Shown here one piece after another: positions 26,185 to 35,396 of a DNA stretch of 64,000 nt (the stretch's first letter is position 1; each line of letters opens with the position of its first letter). The notes under the pieces are model-generated. The model searched no databases, had not been told where the DNA came from, and saw only the letters and a program-made list of their open reading frames with translations. The stretch comes from Candidatus Latescibacterota bacterium (GTDB lineage: Bacteria > Krumholzibacteriota > Krumholzibacteriia > WVZY01 > JAKEHA01), in NCBI GenBank assembly GCA_963707635.1, contig OY970173.1, forward strand, positions 1,387,663 through 1,451,662, read 5' to 3'. The position numbers and the translations under genes were made by a program.

Positions 26185-27021
26185 ATGGGCCCGGCGCGCC
26201 CGATTGCGTTTCTCACCGACTTCGGCACCGACGATTTCTACGCGGGCGTCATGCGCGCGGTGGCGGCCTCGGCCTCGCCGTCGTCGCGCCTGATCGATCT
26301 TTCGCACCACATTCCCGCGCACGAGGTGGCGCAGGCCAGTTTCGTCCTCGCACGCTCGATCGACTACCTGCCGGCGGACGCCGTCGTGGTGGTGGTGGTC
26401 GATCCCGGCGTGGGCGGCGACCGTCGCGCCATCCTGGTGGAGGCGGGCGATCGCGTGCTGGTCGGACCGGACAACGGGTTCGCCAGCGACCTCTTCGCCG
26501 GCGGGGCCGCCGGGCGCGTGTTCGCGATCGACGGTGCGGCGGCGGCGCGCGCGGCCGGTTTAGGATGCGGGGGCATTCCAGCCCGTGGTGCCACCTTTCA
26601 CGGCCGCGACGTCTTCGCTCCGGTGGCGGCGGCGATAGCCCGCGGCGCCCGCGCGAGCGATTTCGGGGTCGTGGTGGACGGAGCGGTGATGCTGCGCGAT
26701 GTCCCGAGCGTTTCCATCGACGCCGGCCGCGTGCAGGGCGTCGGGCGCTACGTGGATCGCTTCGGCAACGTGCTTTCCGACATTCCGCGGGGCGTGCTCG
26801 AACGCGTGTTCGGCGATGGCCTCGACCGCATCGGCGTGACCGTCGGCGGGCGTGCCGCCGGTGCGCTGCGACGGGCGTACGTCGAGGGCGCGCCGGGCGC
26901 GCTGATGGGTCTCTTGAACAGCTGGGACCTGGTGGAAGCGGCCGTGAACGGCGGCCGGGCGTGGGATCTGCTCGGTGCCCGCCGGCCGGAAGACGTTCGT
27001 TTTGAACTGCGGGGGCCCTAG
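26185..27021 (+). CDS. SAM hydroxide adenosyltransferase-like protein (DUF62 / SAM hydrolase family)
   Basis: N-terminal …IAFLTDFGTDDFYAGVMRAV…IDLSHHIPAHEV…VVVVDPGVGGDRRAILV…VGPDNGF… matches the conserved DUF62 (fluorinase/chlorinase/SAM-hydrolase fold) motif order. Start is 9 nt after the patatin stop. Confidence 0.75.
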   Translation: MGPARPIAFLTDFGTDDFYAGVMRAVAASASPSSRLIDLSHHIPAHEVAQASFVLARSIDYLPADAVVVVVVDPGVGGDRRAILVEAGDRVLVGPDNGFASDLFAGGAAGRVFAIDGAAAARAAGLGCGGIPARGATFHGRDVFAPVAAAIARGARASDFGVVVDGAVMLRDVPSVSIDAGRVQGVGRYVDRFGNVLSDIPRGVLERVFGDGLDRIGVTVGGRAAGALRRAYVEGAPGALMGLLNSWDLVEAAVNGGRAWDLLGARRPEDVRFELRGP

Positions 27022-27022
27022 C

Positions 27023-28459
27023 GTGCGCATCGAGAAGCGCAGCGACTGCATCTGGGAGATCCCGCGCGAGGGTGGCATGCGCGTCCCCGGCCGGATCATC
27101 GCCAGCGACGTGCTCATGGAGTCGATACGGGACGACGCCGCGGTCGAACAGGTCGCGAACGTGGCCCACTTGCCCGGAATCGTCGGCTACTCGTGGGCCA
27201 TGCCCGACATGCACCTCGGCTACGGCTTTCCGATCGGCGGCGTGGCCGCCACCGCGTTCGACGCGGGTGGCGTCATCTCGCCGGGCGGCGTCGGCTACGA
27301 CATCAACTGCGGGGTGCGTCTGGTCGCGAGTGGACTCACTCGCGACGAGGTGGCGCCGCGCATCGAGCGGCTCGTCGCGCGTCTCTTCGAGCAGGTTCCG
27401 TGCGGGCCGAGCCCGCGTGAGTCGGCGATGGGAGAGCTGTCCGTGGCGGAGACGCGCCGCGCGCTGCGCGACGGGGCCCGCTACGCGATCGCGCGGGGCT
27501 TCGGGCGCGCCGAAGACCTCGAGTGTTGCGAGGAGAACGGAGCCCTGGCCGGCGCCGCGCCGGACGCGGTCAGCGACGGAGCGATCGATCGCGGGCGCCG
27601 GCAGCTCGGATCGGTGGGCTCGGGCAACCACTTCCTGGAGGTCGGTTACGTGAGCCGCGTGTTCGCGCCCGACGTGGCCCGCGCGCTCGGTCTCGAAGAG
27701 GGAACCGTGACCCTCCTCATCCACTGCGGCTCGCGCGGGCTCGGCCACCAGGTGTGCACCGATTTCCTGCGCGAAATGGCCGCGGCGCGTTTCGCCTTCA
27801 CGCTGCCCGACCGCCAGCTCGCCGCCGCGCCGCTGGATTCGGATCTGGGACGCCGGTATCTGGGAGCCATGAACGCGGCGGCGAACTTCGCGTGGGCAAA
27901 CCGGCAGGCGCTGATGGTGCTCGCGGAGCGGGTGTTCGCCGGCGTGTTCGCCGCGCCGAGCGACCGTCTCGGCTTTCGACTCGTCTACGACGTGTCGCAC
28001 AACCTCGCCAAGACCGAGACCCATCGCGTCGCGGGAGTGCCGCGACGCGTATGCGTGCACCGCAAGGGCGCCACGCGCGCGCTCCCGCCGGGGGACGATC
28101 GCGTGCCCGCGAAATACCGCGGCGTTGGACAACCGGTGCTGGTGCCGGGCGACATGGGGACCGCGTCGCACGTCTGTGTGGGGGCCGCCTTCGAGGGCGA
28201 GCACCCCTTTCACTCGAGCTGTCACGGGGCCGGGCGCCGGCTCTCGCGCCGCTCGGCGACGAGACGCGGCGCGGGGCGCTCCATCGTCGACGAACTGAAG
28301 CGGCACGGGGTCGTCGTCATGGCGAAAGACCGGCGCACGCTCGCCGAGGAGATGCCCGAAGCCTACAAGGACGTGTCGGAGGTCGTGGGCACGATGGCCC
28401 GTGTCGGGCTGGTTCGACAGGGGGTCGAGATTCGACCGCTCGGCGTGATCAAGGGCTAG
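27023..28459 (+). CDS. rtcB: RNA-splicing ligase RtcB (3'-phosphate/5'-hydroxyl RNA ligase)
   Basis: …WEIPREGGMRVPGRIIAS…, HLPGIVGYSWAMPDMHLGYGFPIGGV, …GYDINCGVRLV…, …HCGSRGLGHQV… and …NHFLEV… are canonical RtcB metal/GTP motifs. GTG start is 2 nt after the DUF62 stop. The ORF-track start at 26975 is an upstream extension. Confidence 0.9.
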   Translation: MRIEKRSDCIWEIPREGGMRVPGRIIASDVLMESIRDDAAVEQVANVAHLPGIVGYSWAMPDMHLGYGFPIGGVAATAFDAGGVISPGGVGYDINCGVRLVASGLTRDEVAPRIERLVARLFEQVPCGPSPRESAMGELSVAETRRALRDGARYAIARGFGRAEDLECCEENGALAGAAPDAVSDGAIDRGRRQLGSVGSGNHFLEVGYVSRVFAPDVARALGLEEGTVTLLIHCGSRGLGHQVCTDFLREMAAARFAFTLPDRQLAAAPLDSDLGRRYLGAMNAAANFAWANRQALMVLAERVFAGVFAAPSDRLGFRLVYDVSHNLAKTETHRVAGVPRRVCVHRKGATRALPPGDDRVPAKYRGVGQPVLVPGDMGTASHVCVGAAFEGEHPFHSSCHGAGRRLSRRSATRRGAGRSIVDELKRHGVVVMAKDRRTLAEEMPEAYKDVSEVVGTMARVGLVRQGVEIRPLGVIKG

Positions 28460-28697
28460 ACCGCTCCCGAGCGCGGCGGGCGGCATCCCCTTTTTGGGGC
28501 TTCAAGGGCGCAAATGGATGCGTTATGATCACGCGCCGAGCCAACGCCCGAAGATCACGCCGGTGTCGAACCCGGCACTCCCGGTATTCATCGAACCCAC
28601 GCTGTGACCCCGCCGTGACGTGCGACGACACGATGGTGCGCCGGGGTCGACCGGGGACGCACGAAGAATTTCGAACGTGAAAGGGTGAGTATTGAAG

Positions 28698-29402
28698 ATG
28701 AAACGCGCGATATGGTTGGTCATGCTGGGCGTTTGCGCCGCCGGTTTCGCCCCCGCCGACGGGTGGGCACAGACGTCCCGGCAGCCCACGGAGGTGAAGT
28801 ACCTGCGCGTCCCACACCGGTTCCAGATCTTCATCGACGGCGGAATCGCGCTCCCGTCCGAGCCCGGTGTGTTCAACGATTACTGGAACACCGCGTTCAA
28901 CCTCGGCATCGGGTTCGGAGTTTCGATCCTGCCGTGGCTCGAGGTGAACGCGAGCTACTGCCGCGCGTCGTTCGGCTTGAACGCGATCGAAGCGAAGGGA
29001 AAGATCAAATACACGGGCATCCAGGAGGTGCAGGGCGGGAGCGTGAGCACGAAGGTCTTCTCGGGGTCCGTCCGCTTTCTCGCGGTGCCCAAGGCGCGCA
29101 CGAATCCGTACGTGGAAGTCGGCGTCGGCGCGTTTACCACCTCGGGTGCCGACGTGATCATCGAGGGTGTGCTGCGCAACTCGATGGAGGACGTCAGCGG
29201 GATCTCGGTCTGGCCGGCGGTGGGCATTCAATACGCGATGAGCGATCGGTGGAGCGCGTACTCCCGGTTCACCTACATGATGAACTTGAACAGTGACTTC
29301 GCCCCCGGCGACCTGCTGCTGCCGCCGGGCGGGGGCACGCCAACCATCGGCGGCAACCAGGTCATTTCGTCGATCATCGTCGGCGTCATGATACGGTTCT
29401 AG
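28698..29402 (+). CDS. Outer-membrane beta-barrel domain protein (OmpW/OmpA-beta-barrel-like, hypothetical)
   Basis: Signal peptide MKRAIWLVMLGVCAAGFAPADGWAQ. Alternating beta-strand pattern. Ends in an aromatic residue (…VMIRF). Confidence 0.6.
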   Translation: MKRAIWLVMLGVCAAGFAPADGWAQTSRQPTEVKYLRVPHRFQIFIDGGIALPSEPGVFNDYWNTAFNLGIGFGVSILPWLEVNASYCRASFGLNAIEAKGKIKYTGIQEVQGGSVSTKVFSGSVRFLAVPKARTNPYVEVGVGAFTTSGADVIIEGVLRNSMEDVSGISVWPAVGIQYAMSDRWSAYSRFTYMMNLNSDFAPGDLLLPPGGGTPTIGGNQVISSIIVGVMIRF

Positions 29403-29422
29403 GAAGCCGGGAAGGCGGCGCG

Positions 29423-30025
29423 ATGAAGCCCCGCGGACACACGCTGCTGGCGCTGACGTTGGCAGTCTTTGCGGTCTCGCCGGGTCGCGCGAGTGCGGAG
29501 CCCCACACGCGCACGGGTTTCTTCGTCGGCTTCGGGCTGGGTTCGGGCAACGCGTCGTGGGACTGGTTCGACGGACGCAGCAGCGAATGGTCGGGCAGCG
29601 GCTCGCTGCGCCTGGGGATGGCGCTCGCCAACGATTTCCTCCTCGGCCTCGAAGCCTGGCGATGGTCCCACGACTATCAGGTCGAGACCTCCGCCGCGCC
29701 CGTCCCGGTGGAAGCGGGGCTGACCGCGGTCACACTCGCGGCCACCTATTTCCCGGGCAATGCGGGTTTCTTTCTCCGGGGTGGTGTGGGTGTCGCAGAC
29801 GGGCGCGTGGACGTGAGCCCGCCCTCCGGCGTCAGCTTCCCGGTGAGCGGACAGACCCGGGACACGGGAGTGGCGGTGCTCGGGGCGCTGGGTTACGAGA
29901 TGCGGCTCACGTCGCGATTCGCACTCGGCGCGGAGGGTGACGTCGTCTACCTCGGCGTGGCCGGGGAAGCGATCGACACCGTGTTTGGTTACGGGATCGC
30001 CGTCGAGTTGAACTGGTACTGGTAG
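29423..30025 (+). CDS. Outer-membrane beta-barrel domain protein (hypothetical), paralogous arrangement with the preceding gene
   Basis: Signal peptide MKPRGHTLLALTLAVFAVSPGRASA. Gly/aromatic alternating strands (…GFFVGFGLGSGNASWDWF…). Ends …AVELNWYW. Confidence 0.6.
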   Translation: MKPRGHTLLALTLAVFAVSPGRASAEPHTRTGFFVGFGLGSGNASWDWFDGRSSEWSGSGSLRLGMALANDFLLGLEAWRWSHDYQVETSAAPVPVEAGLTAVTLAATYFPGNAGFFLRGGVGVADGRVDVSPPSGVSFPVSGQTRDTGVAVLGALGYEMRLTSRFALGAEGDVVYLGVAGEAIDTVFGYGIAVELNWYW

Positions 30026-30043
30026 CACCGGCAGGAGAGTGTC

Positions 30044-31060
30044 ATGGCCACACCCGGAGTCATCACGATCGAGCGCCACATCCTGATGGAGCAGGAACGC
30101 TTTCCCGATTCGTCCGGAGCGCTGACCAACCTGCTCTACGACCTCGCGCTGGCCGGGAAGCTGATCGCGAGCCGCACCCAGCGCGCGGGACTCGCGGACA
30201 TCCTGGGTTCCGCGGGTCACGAGAACGTCCAGGGCGAGGAAGTCCAGAAGCTCGACGTATACGCGCAGCGGACGATCTACCAGCTCAACGACCACACTGG
30301 CCGCCTCTGCTGCATGGCCTCCGAGGAATCGAAGGAGATCATTCCCATTCCCGACGGGTATCCCAAGGGCGACTACGTGCTCGTCTTCGACCCGCTCGAC
30401 GGGTCGTCCAACATCGACTTCAACGTGGCGGTCGGCACCATTTTCGCCGTCTTCCGGCGCAAGACCGCGTCGGGTCCCGGTCTCGTGAGCGACGTGTTGC
30501 AGAACGGCCGCGAGATCGTGGCCGGCGGCTACCTGGTGTACGGGTCGAGCACGATGCTGGTGTACACCACCGGCCACGGCGTCAACGGCTTCACCCTGGA
30601 CCCGAGCATCGGCGAGTTCCTGTTGTCGCACCCGAACGTGCGGCTGCCGCAGGTTCCGAAGTACTACAGCGTGAATCAGGGCTACGACAAGTACTGGACC
30701 GAGGGCGTGCGCCGCTATACGCGCTGGCTCCAGGGCGAAGAGGGGAACGCGAGATCGCTCTCGCTGCGCTACGTCGGGTCGATGGTGGCCGACGTGCACC
30801 GCACCCTCTTCGGCGGCGGCGTGTTCTACTACCCGGCCGATTCGAAGGACCCGAACAAGCCCCAGGGCAAGCTGCGCCTGCTCTACGAGGCCATGCCGAT
30901 GTCATACGTGATCGAGCAGGCGGGAGGCTACGGATCCACCGGGCGGGGCCCGATTCTCGACGTCACCCCGAAGTCCCTGCACGAGCGCACCCCGGTGTTC
31001 GTGGGCTCGCGGGAAGTGGTCGAGAAAGCGGAAGAGTTCATCGCGCAGTACGACCGCTGA
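30044..31060 (+). CDS. fbp: Fructose-1,6-bisphosphatase class 1
   Basis: …[35 protein letters not shown]…, …[11 protein letters not shown]… and …[12 protein letters not shown]… are FBPase class I motifs. Confidence 0.9.
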   Translation: MATPGVITIERHILMEQERFPDSSGALTNLLYDLALAGKLIASRTQRAGLADILGSAGHENVQGEEVQKLDVYAQRTIYQLNDHTGRLCCMASEESKEIIPIPDGYPKGDYVLVFDPLDGSSNIDFNVAVGTIFAVFRRKTASGPGLVSDVLQNGREIVAGGYLVYGSSTMLVYTTGHGVNGFTLDPSIGEFLLSHPNVRLPQVPKYYSVNQGYDKYWTEGVRRYTRWLQGEEGNARSLSLRYVGSMVADVHRTLFGGGVFYYPADSKDPNKPQGKLRLLYEAMPMSYVIEQAGGYGSTGRGPILDVTPKSLHERTPVFVGSREVVEKAEEFIAQYDR

Positions 31061-31075
31061 TCCGCGCCCCGCGCT

Positions 31076-32677
31076 TCAGCGAACGAACTGCGCCGCAAAG
31101 TGCTCCGGACCCAGGTTCTCGCCGGTCGCGCGCCGCACCAGCTCGTCCCACCGATATCGTTTCCCGGGCGCGAACACGCGTTCACGCAGGAACTCGCCGA
31201 CCGCCGGTTGGTCGACCATCGAGTGACGGCCGTTCGCCGACGCGAGCACGCCGCGCTGGATGGCGTGGTCGAGCTGGGACGCAAACAACTCGCCGAGCAT
31301 GTAGTTGTGATAGTAGACGGGCGCCGAGACGATGTGGATCTTCGACGCCCAGTCGGGTTCGTCGCGGCCGTCGGGGCGCGGCACGCGCTGGTAGCGTTCC
31401 ACCAGGTCCCACCACAGCCGGTTCAGGTCCTGCTCGGGATCCGCGTAGAGCGCGCGCTCGAAGCGGGTCATCACCTGGCACCAGCGCGCAAAGATGATCT
31501 GCGAGAGCCGCGTCGTGCGCGCCGATTCGCGCGCGATCGCGCCGCGCTCGGACGCCGGGAACCCGATCATGCGCTCGATCCAGTCCGCGTCCTTCGACAA
31601 CCTCCCGAACAGCATCGCGATGGCCTCGGTCACGAAGACGTGGGCGTGCTCGCGCAGGAGATACGGGAGGCCGGGGTCGATGTGGCGGTCGTAGACCGCG
31701 TGTCCGAGTTCGTGCAGCATCGTGCCCGCCCAGTTCTCGTCGTTCTGGACGTTGGCGAGCACGCGCACGTCGCCGCGCCGGTCGATGTCGAGGCAGTAGG
31801 CGTGCTGCTCCTTGCCGGGCTTTTCGAACAAGTCGCTGCGCGCGAGGATGGCGTCGACGCCGAGGCCGATCCCTTCGAAGAACCGGCGCGCAAGCGACAC
31901 CACGTCGTGGTCTCGATAGTAGTGGTCGAAATCGACCGGAAATATCCGCGGCAGCTCCTGGAAGAACGGGTCCTCGTAGTGCCACGCGCGCAGTTGCGAC
32001 GGCGGGATTGTGTAGCGGGCCCCCAGCGCGGCGTCGATCTCCTCCTTGACGTGCAGGAACGGATCGCGGGTCAAGTCGTCGAGCCGGTCGAAGAGCGAGC
32101 GCAGTTCCGCCTCGTCCTGTTCGGCGAGCTCGAGCGACATCGTGTAGAAATCGGTGAAGCCGAGCAAGCGGGCGGAGTCGTTGCGCAAACGAACGAGCTC
32201 GAGCAGGTCCGCGCGCACTTCGTGCCCGATCCCCTTGTCGGCCTCCCACACGCGCCGGCGGTAGACGGGGTCGGGATGGCGCTTCATGATGGACCGCACG
32301 TCGTTGCCGGAGAGCTCCCGACCGTCGACGTTCACCCGGTAGGTGGCGAACGAGCGCACGATCTTGCTCGAGATGTGCGTCATCGCTTCGATCCGCGCGG
32401 GGTCGATCTGATTGCGCAGGTAGGCGCGGTGGAGCAGTTCGAGCTGCCGGCCCTCGATCGGGTCGCGGGGCCCCGATTGCTCCCGCCAGCGCGCCAGCGT
32501 GGCGAAGTCGTCCGGGTCGGCGTAGAGCTTCTGGAACTCCACCTCGAGAGTGGCGTAGCGCGAGAAGTCTTCGGGGCGGCCCGAAATGGTCGCAGTCCAG
32601 TAGGCGAGATTCACCTCGCGGGCGAGCGGCTCGACGCGGGCGAGGTGGGAGTCGATGAAGGCGCGCAGTTCGGTCAT
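31076..32677 (-). CDS. pepF: M3 family oligoendopeptidase (PepF-like)
   Basis: The minus-strand translation from MTELRAFIDSHLARVEPLAREVNLAYW… contains the HExxH zinc site …TMLHELGHAVYDRH… and a downstream …HYHNYMLGE… region typical of M3B oligoendopeptidase F. The ORF track extends the frame upstream to 33589, with Arg/Pro-rich junk. Confidence 0.85.
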   Translation of the reverse strand: MTELRAFIDSHLARVEPLAREVNLAYWTATISGRPEDFSRYATLEVEFQKLYADPDDFATLARWREQSGPRDPIEGRQLELLHRAYLRNQIDPARIEAMTHISSKIVRSFATYRVNVDGRELSGNDVRSIMKRHPDPVYRRRVWEADKGIGHEVRADLLELVRLRNDSARLLGFTDFYTMSLELAEQDEAELRSLFDRLDDLTRDPFLHVKEEIDAALGARYTIPPSQLRAWHYEDPFFQELPRIFPVDFDHYYRDHDVVSLARRFFEGIGLGVDAILARSDLFEKPGKEQHAYCLDIDRRGDVRVLANVQNDENWAGTMLHELGHAVYDRHIDPGLPYLLREHAHVFVTEAIAMLFGRLSKDADWIERMIGFPASERGAIARESARTTRLSQIIFARWCQVMTRFERALYADPEQDLNRLWWDLVERYQRVPRPDGRDEPDWASKIHIVSAPVYYHNYMLGELFASQLDHAIQRGVLASANGRHSMVDQPAVGEFLRERVFAPGKRYRWDELVRRATGENLGPEHFAAQFVR

Positions 32678-32860
32678 GGCGTGATTCCCGCGTCGCGGAT
32701 AGTGGCCCACCCGCGCGGACTGCGCTACGGTAGCCCAGGAGGCGGCCCGGGCGCAAAAACAAACGCAATTCTTTTCGTGGCAAGGGCTTGTCTGCAGAGC
32801 GTACAATACCGGCCAGCACGGCCCGAATAGACGACCCCCGCCGCGTGTAACCCCGCTGCC

Positions 32861-33502
32861 ATGAATGCACGAAACCCGGCGGTGGTCGCGGTCGAGTTCG
32901 CGCCGCGGGAGAACACGGTGGAACCGGACAGCGAGCGCGAAATCATCCGCGGCTGGAAGCGCGGGGACAAACGGGCGTATGAAGTGCTCGTGCGTCGCTA
33001 CATGACCGACGCGTACCTGGTGGCGTACGGGTACGCCGGCAACGCCGAGGATGCGCGCGATCTTTCGCAGGAGGCGTTCATCAAGGCCTACGGGGCGCGC
33101 AGCCAGTTCGACGAAGCGCGCCCCTTCTATCCGTGGTTGTACCGGATCCTCAAGAACCACTGCCTCAACTACGTCACGCGCCGCCGGGCGCACGTGTCGA
33201 TCGACGACGAAAACGAACACCGCGAGATCCCGTGCCCCCGACCTTCTCCGCTCGAAGACCTCGAGCGCGACGAGCGCCGGCGGATCGTGCGCGCCGCAGT
33301 CGAGCGACTGTCGATCGATCATCGGGAGGTCATCGTCTTGAAGAACTTCAAGGGGCACTCGTACCGGGAAATTGCCGACATGCTGGAGGTGCCGATCGGC
33401 ACCGTGATGTCGCGACTGTTCTACGCGCGCCAGGCGCTGCGCGTGCTGATCGAACAGATCGAGCGGACCGGGCTGGACGATGGCGCGCGGGAGGTGGTGT
33501 GA
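32861..33502 (+). CDS. RNA polymerase ECF-type sigma factor (sigma-70 family, group 4)
   Basis: Region 2 (…DLSQEAFIKAY…FYPWLYRILKNHCLNY…) and region 4 HTH (…KGHSYREIADMLEVPIGTVMSRLFYARQAL…) are present. Confidence 0.85.
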   Translation: MNARNPAVVAVEFAPRENTVEPDSEREIIRGWKRGDKRAYEVLVRRYMTDAYLVAYGYAGNAEDARDLSQEAFIKAYGARSQFDEARPFYPWLYRILKNHCLNYVTRRRAHVSIDDENEHREIPCPRPSPLEDLERDERRRIVRAAVERLSIDHREVIVLKNFKGHSYREIADMLEVPIGTVMSRLFYARQALRVLIEQIERTGLDDGAREVV

Positions 33503-33504
33503 GC

Positions 33505-33939
33505 ATGGAGTGCACGCGTTACCGCACGGACGGCATGCGGCTGCTCGACGGCGAGCTGTCGGCGCCGGAGCGGGCGGAGTACGAGGCACACGTGCGCGGG
33601 TGCGACGCGTGCCAGCGCGAGCTCGATCCGCTCGGCCGTATCGTCCGCATGACCGACGAGCTCAAGCTCCGGGTTCCCGACGAGGCGTTCTGGAAGGGGT
33701 ACTGGGAGAGCGTGTACCGGCGCAGCGAGCGCAACCTCGGGTTCCTGCTGCTGATCGTCGGCGTGGTCGCTGTGCTCGCGCTCGGTATCGTGCGCGCGGT
33801 GACGTCGCCGTCGTTTTTGACCTACGAGGGGATCAGCATCACCCTCATCCTGGTCGGGCTGGTCGTCATCTTCATTTCCGTCGCGCGCGAGCGTTACCAC
33901 GAAAGCCGAAACGATCCGTACCGGGAGGTCGAGCGTTGA
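33505..33939 (+). CDS. Putative anti-sigma factor (zf-HC2-like N-terminus, single TM)
   Basis: Starts 2 nt after the sigma-factor stop. The N-terminal motif H…C..C (…EAHVRGCDACQRELDP…) is followed by a TM segment (FLLLIVGVVAVLALGIV) and a short periplasmic tail. Confidence 0.6.
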   Translation: MECTRYRTDGMRLLDGELSAPERAEYEAHVRGCDACQRELDPLGRIVRMTDELKLRVPDEAFWKGYWESVYRRSERNLGFLLLIVGVVAVLALGIVRAVTSPSFLTYEGISITLILVGLVVIFISVARERYHESRNDPYREVER

Positions 33940-34256
33940 TCCTTGCCACCACGGAAAACATCACCGGTTACCGCATCAGCCAGGTGTTCGGTCTGGTCCA
34001 GGGCAGCTCGGTGCGGGCCCGTCACGTTGGGTCGGACATCACCGCGTTCTTCAAGAATCTGACCGGCGGCGAGATTCGCGAGTACACCAAATTGCTGGCC
34101 GAAGCGCGCGAGCAGTGTCTGGACCGGATGCGCGAGGAGGCCACCCGCCTCGGCGCCAATGCGGTCGTGGGGTTGCGATTCTCGTCCACCGACATCTCCG
34201 AGGGCGCCTCGGAGCTGCTGGTCTACGGGACCGCGGTCGTGATCGAGCGCGCGTAG
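33936..34256 (+). CDS. YbjQ/UPF0145 family protein
   Basis: TTG start overlaps the anti-sigma stop (TTGA). MILATTENITGYRISQVFGLVQGSSVRARHVGSDITAFFKNLTGGEIREYTKLLAEAREQ…GANAVVGLRF… is the conserved UPF0145 pattern. Confidence 0.7.
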   Translation: MILATTENITGYRISQVFGLVQGSSVRARHVGSDITAFFKNLTGGEIREYTKLLAEAREQCLDRMREEATRLGANAVVGLRFSSTDISEGASELLVYGTAVVIERA

Positions 34257-34416
34257 GAGCTCATGGATTCGGGCGGCGTGGGCAGGTTCTCCGACGCGAT
34301 TTCACGAGGCGCGCTGTAGACGTTTGCGCGCGAAGTGCATGAGCGGAGGAGAAGCCTGCCCACGCCGCCCCCTCGTGCTTTTGCGCTGGTCCGCAAGGCC
34401 GTGATATATTGACCGC

Positions 34417-35256
34417 ATGCAACTCGGTGACTGGAGCGTTCGGACCATTCTCGCCGGCCGCTTCGGCCTCGACGGCGGCGCGATGTTCGGCGTGGTGCCG
34501 AGGACGATGTGGGCGAAGGCGCTGCCACCGGACGAGTTCAATCGCGTGCCGATGGTGATGCGCGTCCTGCTCGTGCAGGGACGCGGTCGCACCATCGTGG
34601 TCGATGTCGGCGCCGGCGGCGGTCACACGGCGAAGAATCGGGAGATCTACGCCTTCGAAGACACCGAACACCTCGTCGAATTGATCCGCGGGCTCGGCGT
34701 GGACCCCGCGAATGTCACCGACGTGCTCCTGACCCACCTGCACTTCGATCACGCGGCGGGCATCGTGGAGCCCGACGGCGACGGCTGGAAGCTCGCGTTT
34801 CCGAACGCCCGGCACCACGTGCAGCGCTCGCAGTGGGAGCACGCGTTGCACCCCAACCCGCGGGACCGCGCGAGCTACTACGAGGATCGCCTGCGCACCG
34901 TGGAGGCACGCGGCGTTCTGGATCTGCACGACGGACCGTGGACGCTCGCCCCGGGGTTCGATCTGCGCGTGTTCGACGGCCACTCTCCCGGTCAGCAGCT
35001 TCCGGTCATCCGCGGCGGAGAAAGCACGCTGTTTTTCTGTGGCGACCTGATCCCGACCCACCACCACGTTCCGATTCCGTACGTGATGAGCTATGACCTC
35101 TATCCGGTGACCGCCATGGGCGAGAAATCCACCCTGCTCGAGCAGGCCGCGGCGGAGGGCTGGCTCCTGCTTTTCGAGCACGACGCCCACCTGGAGGCGT
35201 GCCATATCCAGCGTGATGGCAGGCGTTTTGCTCCCGCCGACGTGGTGCGAATCTGA
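34417..35256 (+). CDS. MBL-fold metallo-hydrolase
   Basis: HxHxDH motif (LLTHLHFDHAAG) plus downstream His/Asp ligands. ~279 aa. Confidence 0.8.
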   Translation: MQLGDWSVRTILAGRFGLDGGAMFGVVPRTMWAKALPPDEFNRVPMVMRVLLVQGRGRTIVVDVGAGGGHTAKNREIYAFEDTEHLVELIRGLGVDPANVTDVLLTHLHFDHAAGIVEPDGDGWKLAFPNARHHVQRSQWEHALHPNPRDRASYYEDRLRTVEARGVLDLHDGPWTLAPGFDLRVFDGHSPGQQLPVIRGGESTLFFCGDLIPTHHHVPIPYVMSYDLYPVTAMGEKSTLLEQAAAEGWLLLFEHDAHLEACHIQRDGRRFAPADVVRI

Positions 35257-35396
35257 TCCGGGTGCCCGAAATTCCCGAAACTCCGGGGTCCCCGGGGGTG
35301 TAGAATGACAGCCCGGACGACTTGACGAACCGGGCCGGTCTGGTGAATGATCTCTCTGATGGAATCTCGACAACCCCAGCCAGGAGGCTATCTAAG

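Noticed and set aside
26249-28486. 745-aa minus-strand ORF antisense to the DUF62 and rtcB genes
   Set aside because: RtcB and DUF62 motifs are unambiguous on the + strand. The antisense translation is dominated by Arg/Pro/Gly repeats (…RRRPRRRRGRWRTRCP…).
31100-32830. 576-aa + strand ORF and 562-aa minus ORF (31182..32870) overlapping pepF
   Set aside because: Alternate-frame and antisense ORFs of the M3 peptidase gene, whose own frame contains HELGH and other M3 motifs. The upstream extension of pepF to 33589 is also rejected, since it would run through the sigma-factor gene on the other strand.
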